Source of the DNA: Octopus vulgaris
Taxonomy: Eukaryota
DNA length: 64,000 bases
Reading direction: 5' to 3'
Assembly (NCBI GenBank): GCA_951406725.2
Contig: OX597815.1
Location: forward strand, 91,388,001 to 91,452,000
Each line of letters begins with the position of its first letter. The first letter of the stretch is position 1. Below the pieces are notes generated by a model. That model saw nothing but the letters and a program-made list of their open reading frames with translations. It did no database searches and was not told the DNA's origin. Made by a program: the position numbers and the translations under genes. Below, one piece after another: positions 52,611 through 64,000 of this stretch.

Positions 52611-54503
52611 GTAGTTTCAAACGGTGTCTTACTTGTATAACCTTTCATTTAAATACAAACACACGCACACATAAATAGGCAAGCCTTAGAAGTTTGTTAA
52701 AACATGTCAAGAAAATTTTAAAAAATAAAACAAAAACTCTAGAGCCAAGACCTTTTGCAATTTCGAATAAGTGAAAACGTTTTCTTACTGAAAGTAAATT
52801 AATTGTTACAAAGTAATTTATATAAAATAATATTTTCCATTTAGCGGCTTGCAATTTAAGATAGCTTATGTTTGGATATATATAGCTTATGTTTGTATAT
52901 ATATATACACACACATACGCACGTATGTATCTTTATTGAAATCGTATATGTGTGTGATTGAATAAAATGTTTACTATTGCGATTTGATCTAACACATTCA
53001 CTGACAATGCGTGACATGATTGACATTGATAAACATTCACTTGTCTTTTTTTTCTACTTGTGTGTGTGTGTGTAAATTGGTAGGAGTTGTTTTTAAATAC
53101 GTGTATAGTCACTGAGACGAAAAGATGAATTGTTTCCGTATAGAAGTACTCAAGATGTCATACACACATAAACTATACTTATACGTGAATTCATACACAT
53201 GTGAACTGTTCTCTGCCATGTTTATGTATATGTATATACACACACGCACACATATAAAGCGTCAGAGTGCAACATTTAGCCACGGCACGTTCTAAGTTCA
53301 AATCCCGCTGTGATCAAATTTGCTTTTTCACCCTTCCAGTGTCGGTAAAATAAGGCACCAGAGCAAGGACGATATAAATGACTACACCGCTCCGCAAATT
53401 TCGATGCCTATGCTTTGTGCCTATTTATTTGAAATCAAACCAAACCAATCAATTAATTAATCAATATATACATAAATATATAGATAATTAATGTGTGTGT
53501 GTTTATGTGTATGTATGCATGTGTGTGTGTATATATATATATATAATTAGTGTGCATATATAAATATAGGGTCAAAGGTTAAATATATATACATATACAC
53601 AAATGCATGTCTATAAATACGTATACGCTTTTTTTTTCACTCGCATATATATTACTACATTGTTATGTGGGCATTCATTCGACATGAGCACGCCGTTATG
53701 TGCATATCTTGTTACTTGTACATGGTGACGTGTACTCAGTTAAACATGGACTACTCGTAAGCTGTCTATATATATGTGTACAATCAATCATACACATACA
53801 CACTGGTGACGTGAACTCAACCCAGACAATACAGACTCGGTCTCACCTTTCGATAACAGTCCTACTCTGCACTCCACCCCTCTCTATAGTGTTTATAACG
53901 CATCAACCGTCCACCCGGTTCTCGATAGTACACAACATGTCTTGTTCAATCTCTTCAATTGTCAGTGTTTTGCAATTTCCCGCTCTCACTCCTTTCCTCG
54001 CTTTATTTTTTTTTTTTTTTCCTCATATAAACTTACCCCTCTCTGTTTATAAACTTTCTTTTTCGTTTATGTTTTTCACCAAGCTCCTCTTTCTCTCCAT
54101 CTCCTTTTCTCTCAAACTCTCCATCCCTTGCTAATTACCGCCAGTCTCTGCGAAAATGAAATGGCCAAGTAGAATAAAATAGACCCGATACTTGATTTAC
54201 GAGTTCGAATTGGCTGAGAGCGTTTCGTTGACTATTAAACAGAACTATTATTTCACATTAAGTTCACCTGATTGTCAGAAAGGTAGCAATAGTACATGAA
54301 GATTGTTGCCGATCGCAGACATCCGTAGTTTGTTGTTGATGTTATGAGTCTCACGTCTGGTCTGATCTGCCTTGCTTATAATATATGGCTTTGTTGATTA
54401 TTCGCATCTTTTTGTAAGTTATGAAGGTGTGATTTTGGAGAGTATCTCTGGCTAGACGAGCCTGTCACCCTATATATATATATATATATATAAGCCGGTC
54501 ACC

Positions 54504-54540
<37 letters not shown>

Positions 54541-54549
54541 CCGGTCACC

Positions 54550-54596
<47 letters not shown>

Positions 54597-55299
54597 CACT
54601 CCAATATATTTATCTCTTATGTTTACTCCATGAAAGTGAGATTAATCCCTTGCTCTCAGGAACCCTACGGGACATTCAAAAGACGTTTTGAAAAGAAGGA
54701 ATTATTCCCGTATTTTTTCTCGGTCTTCTCAATTTACTCTCCATTCCATTGTTTTTTACTCCCCGACCCCTACCTTTTTTATTCCTTTTCTTCTCGTTTT
54801 CTTTCCAGCTCTATCTACCTCATTCTAGTTCTTTTCCTGATCTTTGCCAATTAGTTTGTCTTTCTCTCTGCCTCAGACTCCCTCTCAAATTCCCCTATTT
54901 ATGTTTGAATTAAATTCATCTTCATCACCACCACTAATATCATCATTGTGATGTGAACCTATCAAACTCCTTTGCCAACTTTGTTCTGTCCCCCTTTTCC
55001 ACACGATCTCTGCTACTTTGTCCCGCTTTGCTGAGGTGGTAGGGAAATGTAAGTTGGCTATCATTCCCGCTAATACTGCCAAATGCCACTACTTTTATGT
55101 AAATATTGATATAAGTGACAAAACTCAAGCTGTGTGTATGTCTAATATCAATATGGATCTTGGTGATTATGTTAGTCTGTACGCGTGTGTATACACACGC
55201 GTACAGGCTATCGTAACACGTATATACATATACATTAAACTGTGCTTGTGCATATATATTTGTATGTTTTGTATGTACATACGTATATAAATGTATGTA

Positions 55300-55339
<40 letters not shown>

Positions 55340-57154
55340 TATATATATATGCAAGAATGTATGTATGTATATACATATATATGTGTGTGCATATGTACGT
55401 ACGCACGTACATATGTTACGTATGTATGTACGTACGTATGTATGTATGTGTGAGTGAGTGAATAACGTATAAAGCATCATTACCAAAATAAGGGTGTAGA
55501 TATTTGTACGTGATACGTAGAAGTGCGTGGATGATTTTGAATGTGTGTGTGTGCGTACTTGTGACCATTCTTTCTCCATCTTCCCTATTACTTTGGCATA
55601 TTCTCTCCTCCGTTCTTTCTAACTTAACCCTTTCACTGCCCTACACCTTAGCTCTACTCCATCTTCAGATCATTTTATTGGGGAAGGGTAGAAGTAGTAG
55701 AGCGCATTGGACAAAATACCTACAAGGTATTTTACGTAAACATCTGTTTACGTTCTGAGCCCAAATCCCCCCAAAAGAAGTTTGCCTTTTATATTCTGGA
55801 GTTAAGTAAATAAGTACCTATCAAATACTTACGGTTAATCAAACATCAAAACATGTTGTAATATAAGAATTCATTATCAAATTATCTCCAGTGTCCTTGG
55901 AAGAGCATTAACAACACTACAACCCTTTAACCCTATTCCTGTAATAGATGTATCATTTTATTCCTAGGCAAGAAATGATTCCTAAATCCTTTTAGTGCTC
56001 TCGACAAATAATCAATGTTGCCACTTCCCATTTAAGCTTTTTCGAGCCTATCATTCTAATGCTTTGTTTTCTACTAATTCATTGACCTTGGGAAAGTATA
56101 AACACCACAACTTTGTATCCATCTTTTACCTCATGCATCTTAGTCTTCACGTAACATATTCAGATCTTGATCCCACCTGTCACCACCCCGCCAAAATTTG
56201 GGATATTGTTTGTCAACTGAGAAAGATATCTAATTCCTTCCTCCTAAGTTATGACGAGTCGATGGACAGCCACAGGCATTGCTCTGTGGCTTTAAGCAAG
56301 ATCATCCACTCAACTTGCCTCCAGTTCAGTTATAACCATAGTAAATTAGAATAAGTGTCTTTGCTTTTTCGTTAGGAATACTCCTTTAATCGGCATCACT
56401 ATGTGAATGACAACAGGTGTGTCTGAGGGACCTATTTATGTGATTGTATGTGTTTAATTACATATGACTATGCGTAATTGAATGTAAATCAGTATATTTT
56501 AAATACGTGTGTGTGTGCGTGCGTGCGCAACTTTGTACATCTTTCTGTAACTTTATATTCCTATTATAATTCTGTGGAGACTTGTCATTCTGTCTAACTT
56601 TCTGACTTATTTACGTTTGACGCTATATATCTTGTGTAATTATAGACTACTCTCGTATATGCGGTTAATTGATTGGTCATGTGTGAACTATGCATGTATA
56701 TATCTGGTGTGTGCGGGTGATTGGATGTATTCTTGCTGTATAACGCTGTTGAGTGGATGTGTATATACATACATACATGTTTGTACACCTTACACACACA
56801 TAAACATATCCTTTATAATTTGGAGTGGTGAGATTTGTTTTTAACATCGAAAGTAAAACGTTAAAGCTAAAATACTTCATGCACGCATTCGACTTAAATT
56901 TCTCAGACATATTTTAGGCACATGCAATCTGTACCAACTTTAAAGTGCCGATAAGGAAGAAAGCCGAAATGATAATTCCCCGGTTGTATTATTCTACTAG
57001 TCATCTGGACAAAGGATGTGCCATTTGTTATTACCCTCGTACCATTCAAATGCCAATAAAGCTGGAAAGTTTTCAGATACTTCTAGAACACGTCTGTCTG
57101 TCTATCTCCCTGTCTCTTCACCCCCATCTCTCTCTCTCTCTCTTTATCTATCTC

Positions 57155-57215
<61 letters not shown>

Positions 57216-57350
57216 ACACATACATACACACACAAACATGCATAAACACACACATTAATGTTTGTTTTTATGTCAAATTATATATTAAAAAAATCAATTT
57301 AACATGAAGGATTACTTAATAGTTAATCGTTTTTATTACGATAAGTTTAA

Positions 57351-57426
57351 TTGGCTTCGAAGTTTTGCTCGCTTTCGTCAGACTGTCTAATGAGGACTAC
57401 CAAGCCGAAACTTCGAGGTCACTATC
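57351..57426. ncRNA. Back-to-back pair of degenerate minimal hammerhead ribozyme motifs (Penelope pLTR type)
   Basis: Plus: CTAATGA(57387)-GGACTACCAAGCC-GAAA-CTTCGAG-GTC. Minus: CTGACGA(57381-57375)-AAGCGAGC-AAAA-CTTCGAAG-CC. Each has core mutations. Confidence 0.55.
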
Positions 57427-57473
57427 AAAGTTTTCTTTGTAAAAGTATATCTATCTATCTGTCTATCTATCTA

Positions 57474-57552
<79 letters not shown>

Positions 57553-58342
57553 CTGTGTGTATGTATAGTTAAATTTATGACATCAGTGTAGATATATAGC
57601 TATGGTAGTGATGATGGTGGAAGATGGAGTTAATTAATCACATAAACATTATTTCTGTGGTTCCTTAACCAGAGAAATGGCAAAAGTAGAGAGGCAATAA
57701 TGTGTGTGTGTGTGCATGCGTGTATGCATATATGCATGTGTGTGTCTATGTCTGTCCCTCTCACACATTTATGCACAATATATGTATGCATATATTTGCA
57801 TATATATTAATGTACTTACGTAAAAGCCTATATGTATATACATAGCTATCCCTAAAGAGTCTTGCTTAAAATTTACGTAATTTCAAATATGTTAACAATA
57901 GGTTATATTTTGCTTTATAACATAAACAAATCTATATTAAGCAAATTCCGTTTGGTGCCCTGCTGATGATGTGAATACGTCTACCTTTATTTACATGCGT
58001 TTATCTCAGAAAAAGCATTATAACATCCAGGGGAAATATATATATATCTCTTCACAATATGCATACCTCCATTCATTTTTAATTCAGTTTTTATTGTATA
58101 TTTAATACACACACGCGCACATATATATATAAAAGATATTGTTGCTTTCCTTGAGTAGTTTTTATTGTCTTTAATGAAAACACATTCAAAATATATTTGA
58201 GGAATTTTTACATGAGTGTGTGTGTGTGTGTGCCTACTATGTATACTATGTATAAATATATATATATATAATGTGTACATTTACAAGCATATCTATCTAT
58301 CTATCTATCTATCTATCTCTTTCTCTCTATATATATATTATG

Positions 58343-58382
<40 letters not shown>

Positions 58383-58474
58383 GTATGTATAAATATATGT
58401 ATTATGTATGTATAAATATATGTATATAGCTAGCTACATACATACATGAATTGTTCTGATGTGGTAAATAATCT

Positions 58475-58685
58475 TTTCTACTCTGGGCACAAGGCCCGAA
58501 ATTTTGTGGGAGGAGGCCAGTCGATTAGATCGACCCCAGTACACAACTGGTACTTGATATATCAACCCCGAAAGAATGAAAGACAAAGTCGACTTTGGTG
58601 GAATTTGAACTCAGAACGTAGCGATGAGCGAAATACCGCTAAGCACTTCGTCCGGCACACACTAACGTTTCTGCCAGCTTGCCAA
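58475..58685 (-). mobile_element. SINE family C
   Basis: gcacaaggcccgaaattttg...tcgaccccagtacacaactggtac...gaatttgaactcagaacgta. Confidence 0.8.
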
Positions 58686-59345
58686 TGTCTTTCTTACCAA
58701 TGACTGTTTCACTGATTGCTAAGCTGCCTTGCTGAGTACAAGTCAACATCTCTTGTGTTGGTGTCATGAGAAAAGCACCCAGTACATTCTGTAAAGTGGT
58801 TGACAATAGAAAGGGCATCCAGCTGTAGAAACCAGGTTTAGTGACATGTACAAGGACTAGTTTGTAGGAGTAATGGCTCTCTATAGTAGAAAACTTTGCT
58901 GCTGCCAACCACGGGTAGTTCTACCCAACAAATACATTAATAAATACACTCAAGCACAAATATACACACAGCTACTCCAACATCTACATACACAGATGTT
59001 CGGTAAACTCATAAGCATGCGTGAATTTGTATTAAACATACATTATTTTACATTTTCTTCAGTTATGCAAATTATGCAAACCAGTTTAGTTCTCTCTGTG
59101 GGACAGAAAATGAGTAATGTATCTACAATGTATTATTTAATAAATATTGAAACTCAACAGATCAATCTTCATTATTCTGGCCAGAGATAGAAGAAACTCG
59201 TAAAATTCTTAGTTTATTAAGAGCATATGCTTGTAAGTTTACCTTTCCCTTTATTCATACCATGCAGTCCTTGTATAAATCAATTATAGACATATCTGTT
59301 TGAAGGTTCAGATATATATGTATATGTGTGTTTGTGTGTGTGTGT

Positions 59346-59415
<70 letters not shown>

Positions 59416-59629
59416 ACACACACAAGTGAATAGATAACTGAAAGTGGCACTCAGCACATTTTGGTACGAGTTACATATATTTTTTAAGAACAGCTTGACT
59501 GAGTCGAGCTGTTATTAAAAATTACACATACATACATACATACACGTACATACATACATATATTATTTATATATATATGTATATATAAATGAGATGACAA
59601 AGGAAAAAAAAACAATTATGTTATGAACT

Positions 59630-59815
59630 TCATTAGCTTACTGTTGTTTCTGCTATAAGTTGCAGTAGAGTCATAGTTGAGTGCCTATATAACACCTTAT
59701 AGCTTCATCAGAACACTTCACATATTCAAGACTCCAGTGAAGCTATAAGGTGTTATTCAGGCACACAACTACGAGCCTACTGCATCTTACGACATAAACA
59801 GCTCTAAGCTAATGA
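59630..59815. repeat. 186-bp fold-back whose two arms are degenerate Penelope-type hammerhead motifs
   Basis: About 80-bp inverted arms (tcattagctta.../...taagctaatga; ataacaccttatagcttca/tgaagctataaggtgttat). The left arm on the minus strand reads CTGATGA-a-GCTATAAG..CTTATAGC-a-GAAACAACAGTA. Confidence 0.75.
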
Positions 59816-59819
59816 TGCT

Positions 59820-60222
59820 CTTTTGCTCTTTTACTTGTTTCAGTCATTTGACTGCGGCCATGCTGGAGCACCACCTTTAGTCGAGCAAATCGACCCCAGG
59901 ACTTATTCTTTGTAAGCCTAGTACTTATTCTATCGGTCTCTTTTGCTGAACCGCTAAGTGACGGGGACATGAACACACCAGCATCGGTTGTCAAGCGATG
60001 TTGGAGGGGACAAACACAGACACACAAAAACACACACACACACACACATATATATATACACGACAGGCTTCTTTCAGTTTCCGTCTACCAAATCCACTCA
60101 CAAGGCTTTGGTCGGCACGAGGCTATAGTAGAAGACACTTGCCCAAGGTGCCACACAGTAGGACTGAACCCGGAACCATCTGGATGGTAAGCAAGCTACT
60201 TACCACACAGCCACTCCTGTGC
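59820..60222 (-). mobile_element. SINE family A, full length and relatively young
   Basis: Reverse complement of 7224-7678 with most CpGs retained. Confidence 0.9.
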
Positions 60223-62015
60223 CTAATGATGTTCATAACATAACTGATTTTTCTTTTGTCATCTCATTTTCTTATTACCACTCTATACTCGTCTCGCATT
60301 TCTTTCCAAAGAATACATATATTGAGTTCTACACAAGGTTATTAGTCTTGCAATGCCTAAGCAAAATATATATGTGCATTTTAATCATTGGCATCATTTT
60401 ACATTGGCTTTCCCATGATTGTATCGAACAGATGGATTGTTATAGGCCAATCAGTTTTTATTCAAACTTACTACCTGCTTAGATGGGTCAGTTACCATAT
60501 ATTGCTTAATTTTTGGTATGACTTCTATGATTTATCGCCAACACTACAGTGTCCACTGGGTGCATAGTTTCATAGCACTAGCACTTAAAACATTTTGTCC
60601 ATGTAAGGCTAGAATTTCTCTTGCCTATGAACACATTTATACTCTCATATAAATGTATGTAAGTATAGAAACACATACACATATGTACATATACAAACGT
60701 GTGTGTGTGTGTGTGGACACTGACCAACAGAGTCCTACTGAATAGATCCTGTCGACTGTTATCTTGCAACAGGTTGATTGGTACTTTGTGAATGAAATTT
60801 AGTTGACAGAAACTGGAAGAACCCTGTTGCGCATGTATGCACACACTACACACACACAGACTCCTTGTATGAGAGAGAGAAAGCATTCTTATCTTACTTT
60901 TGTACACTGATTGTAAACAAGAAGTCACCATTCATACAAATAGTTGTATTTGTTCATGATCCTCTGCAAAACCATGTCCTGATTGTTCATTGTTCAATAG
61001 TCTAGTATAAATATTACTTTGCTTAAAAACAGTTAAAGTTTGACGACAGGAAAAGCATGCAGCTTAGAAGAATCTACCTCATCAGTTATCATCTAAGCAA
61101 TTCATGGAAAAATGGACATGAAAACCATGATGGGGATGATGATGATGATGAGGATTAGATACATGTGTATGTATGTGTATATTATTTATAGCTTTATCTA
61201 CTTTGAGTTTCATTGTTCCAAAAGAGAATTATATATATGTGTGTTTTTCTGACAACCAATGGTCCAGAACCTCCTTTAATCTGGATAAATTAGGAGAGTA
61301 ATTCAAAATACCCTGTAGCTGCAAGTCTAATTCACTGTGCAGCCACAGGTGGCATTGTGTGTACAGTGTGTTTATACATGTTATTTACATTGCACTTGTT
61401 AGTGCTGATACGAAAAGTTTAAGAGATCCTCTGTTGATTTTGCTTAAAATTACCCCCTAAACTATAGCTATGGCTATCAGAGGGAGTGTCAAGCATAAAC
61501 ACCTATCCATATCAACCAAAGATAAAGTAGGACTGTTCATGGTACTTTAGACATATACGAGGTGTATAATTAGTAGGTGAGTAGCATTATCACCTTCATC
61601 ATCATTTAGCGTCTATTTTCCATGCTGGCATGTGTTAGACAGTTTGATAGGAGCTGACCAGTTGAAGAGTTGCCTGGGCTCCACGTCTGTTTTGGTGTGT
61701 TAACGAATTATTATGTAACCATAAATAGTCCAGCAAAGTGGTTAATCTGGATGTTGAGGGTGAAGAGAAGTTTAGAAAGATTTGGAATCAAGAATGCCAG
61801 GAAATTGGTCAGGTACCTGCATATATATGTATGTGTGTGTGTGTGTGTGTGTATTCATACGTACATACATATAGATGTGAATACATTTGTGTATATGTGT
61901 ATATATATTGCATATTAAGGAAAAGCATCTGAAATATGAGAAGGGTTTTTCTCACTCATATAAAACTTTAAGTAATGTGATTCTGAGCCACAATATTAAT
62001 ACATACATATATATA

Positions 62016-62074
<59 letters not shown>

Positions 62075-62379
62075 ATATATATGTTTTTGTATGCACGTAT
62101 ATACAATGGGCTTCTCTCAGTTTCCATCAACCAAATCCACTCTCATGGTTTTGGTTACCCTGCAGCTATAGTAGGAGACACTTTGTTGTAATGACTGTGA
62201 GGAAGCTATAAAATGTTGCACAAGCTCTCAAGCTCACTTCTTATTGCAGAAACAAATGTAAGCTGATAACGTGATTCCCGTTTCCTTGCCATCCATAAAT
62301 TGACATAATGTTCTGTACTCAATGCTTTACTCTGAAGCAAATGTATATTGGCTTCTAACAACTGGGTATTAGTATCACC

Positions 62380-62614
62380 TCATCAGCATTGATTTTATTA
62401 TCCACTTTTCTGTATGAATGGGTCAGATGAAGTTCCTTGGTGGAGATTTTCTATAGCTAGATGCCCTCACCTTCTTCCCTAATCCTTCAAACATGAAGCG
62501 CATAACAGCCTGACATGTTTTCCGCAGAAGATTATAAACAAATGACATGGTTTGTATGATGGTGATGTGTTTTTTAACAGTTATCATGCAATGTCAAAAC
62601 AAAGAAAAACACAT

Positions 62615-62657
<43 letters not shown>

Positions 62658-62800
62658 TATGCAATGCACTTCTTTCAGTTTCCATCAACTAAATCCACTC
62701 ACAAGGTTTTTGTCAGCCTGCAGCTATAGTAGAAAATGCTTGCTTAACATAGTGGGATTGAGCTCAAAACTAGAGAGTTGAGAGCTGAACTTCTTTGCAA
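62380..62800 (-). mobile_element. SINE family A head, (CA)n and RTE-like tail
   Basis: Same architecture as 3885-4320. Confidence 0.65.
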
Positions 62801-62818
62801 CCAGTCCACTTTTACATA

Positions 62819-63051
62819 CTGGGTTGGCCAAAAGTCACCTAACAGTAAATCAAAACCATTTAATTCTGAGATTTATATATGTTTAACAACTGAATGAATT
62901 TAATAGAAGCATCTAAATATGAAATATCATGAAAATTGTTCAAACTGAAGACCTTCTTGAGTGACACATTTTTCTATTCGAGTTAATACAGAATTACAGA
63001 TAATATTTATGGAATTTTGATTTACTGTCAGGTGACTTTTGGCCAACCCTG
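62819..63051. mobile_element. Tc1/mariner-type MITE (233 bp)
   Basis: TIRs of about 37 bp, ctgggttggccaaaagtcacctaacagtaaatcaaaa / ttttgatttactgtcaggtgacttttggccaaccctg, with TA flanks. Confidence 0.9.
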
Positions 63052-63064
63052 TATACATCTATAA

Positions 63065-64000
63065 GCTTCTACACTTACCTGTCAAGGCGTCCCCGTCGTC
63101 TAAACATCTTCCCAGCTGAACTCTCAGCCCTTCGATGTCTCCGACGCCACACTGATATCATCATAAAACTGGCCGACAAGGGTGGAGCTGTGGTGGTGTG
63201 GCGTGCGGACCCCTACAAGGCCGAAGCTCTCTGCCAACTTCAAGACACCTTCTACTGCCCTTTGCCCTCTGACCCTACGCTCAGCTACCAACAGACTGTG
63301 ACCTCCATTATCCATGACCTCATCTCTTCTCCCATCTCACCCCACCTCCAACCTCATTTTCCGCACCCCTCGCACCCCCACCATTTACTTCCTCCCCAAA
63401 ATCCACAAACCTAACAACCTTGGCTGCCCCATCGTCTCTGCCTGAAACTGCCCCACCGAACTCATCTCCAGATATCTTGACCATGTTCTTGCCCCCCCTA
63501 GTGGCTTCCCTCCCCTCTCACATCCATGACACCAACCACGCACTTCGCTTGTTCAAATTTTTCTAAACTTCTCTTTACCCTCAACATCCAGAGCTTTTAC
63601 ACGGTGATCCCTCATCATGAGGGGCTGCATGCCCTCCAACATTTCCTTGACCTTTGACCCAACCCCCAACCTGACACATTCACACTCATTTGTCTGGCTA
63701 AACTTGTCCTCTCACTCAACTGCCTCTCATTCATGAGTGATTTCTACCAGCAGCTCTCGGGAGTGGCCATGGGAACAAGAATGGGCCCCAACTATGTGAA
63801 CCTGTTCATTGGCCACGTTGAGGCCGAAATATTCTCAAGTTTCACTGGTCCCGCTCCCGAACTATGCGGCCATTATGTTGACCACTGTATCAGTGCAACC
63901 TCACTCTCCCGCAAGCATCTAGACTCCTTCCTCTCTTTTGTCAAATCTTTCCATCCTGCCCTCCACTTCTCCTGCACTATCTCTGTCTCCTTTCTTGACA
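63065..64000 (+). mobile_element. Penelope-like retroelement reverse transcriptase, decayed; runs off the window end
   Basis: ADKGGAVVVW...DPT...IYFLPKIHKPNNLGCPIVSA...LNIQSFYTVIPH...FYQQLSGVAMGTRMGPNYVNLF...HYVDH (RYIDD), with stops and frameshifts. Confidence 0.92.

Noticed and set aside
52117-64000. Further MOGS coding exons
   Set aside because: I found no segment encoding the expected continuation (xKTRSP...GLMW), so the next exon is probably beyond the window.

Overview
This is eukaryotic, AT-rich, microsatellite-dense DNA. Its repeat content points to a coleoid cephalopod, probably Octopus; that is an inference from the SINE/LINE families and the simple-repeat load. I recognise only one host gene: the first coding exon of ER glucosidase I (MOGS/GCS1, 51674-52116, +). 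It lies in a CpG-rich promoter region, probably has a non-coding upstream exon carrying a uORF, and its next intron runs past the window end. Everything else is decayed mobile DNA: RTE LINEs, R4/Dong-type LINEs in (TAA)n, a CR1-like LINE, Penelope-like elements, DD37D/maT and pogo/Tigger transposons, MITEs and at least three tRNA-derived SINE families. Nearly all ORFs in the supplied track are microsatellite or TE artefacts. The most interesting signals are RNA-structural. First, a module resembling a twister ribozyme/RTE 5'UTR sits at the 3' end of the RTE elements and is tandemly amplified at two periods (about 26 and about 65 nt). Second, there are back-to-back pairs of degenerate Penelope-type hammerheads. 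Third, CpG content shifts from depleted to retained at about 50 kb. I see no prokaryotic-type system or CRISPR array. TE boundaries are approximate (tens of bp) unless TIRs or TSDs are quoted.
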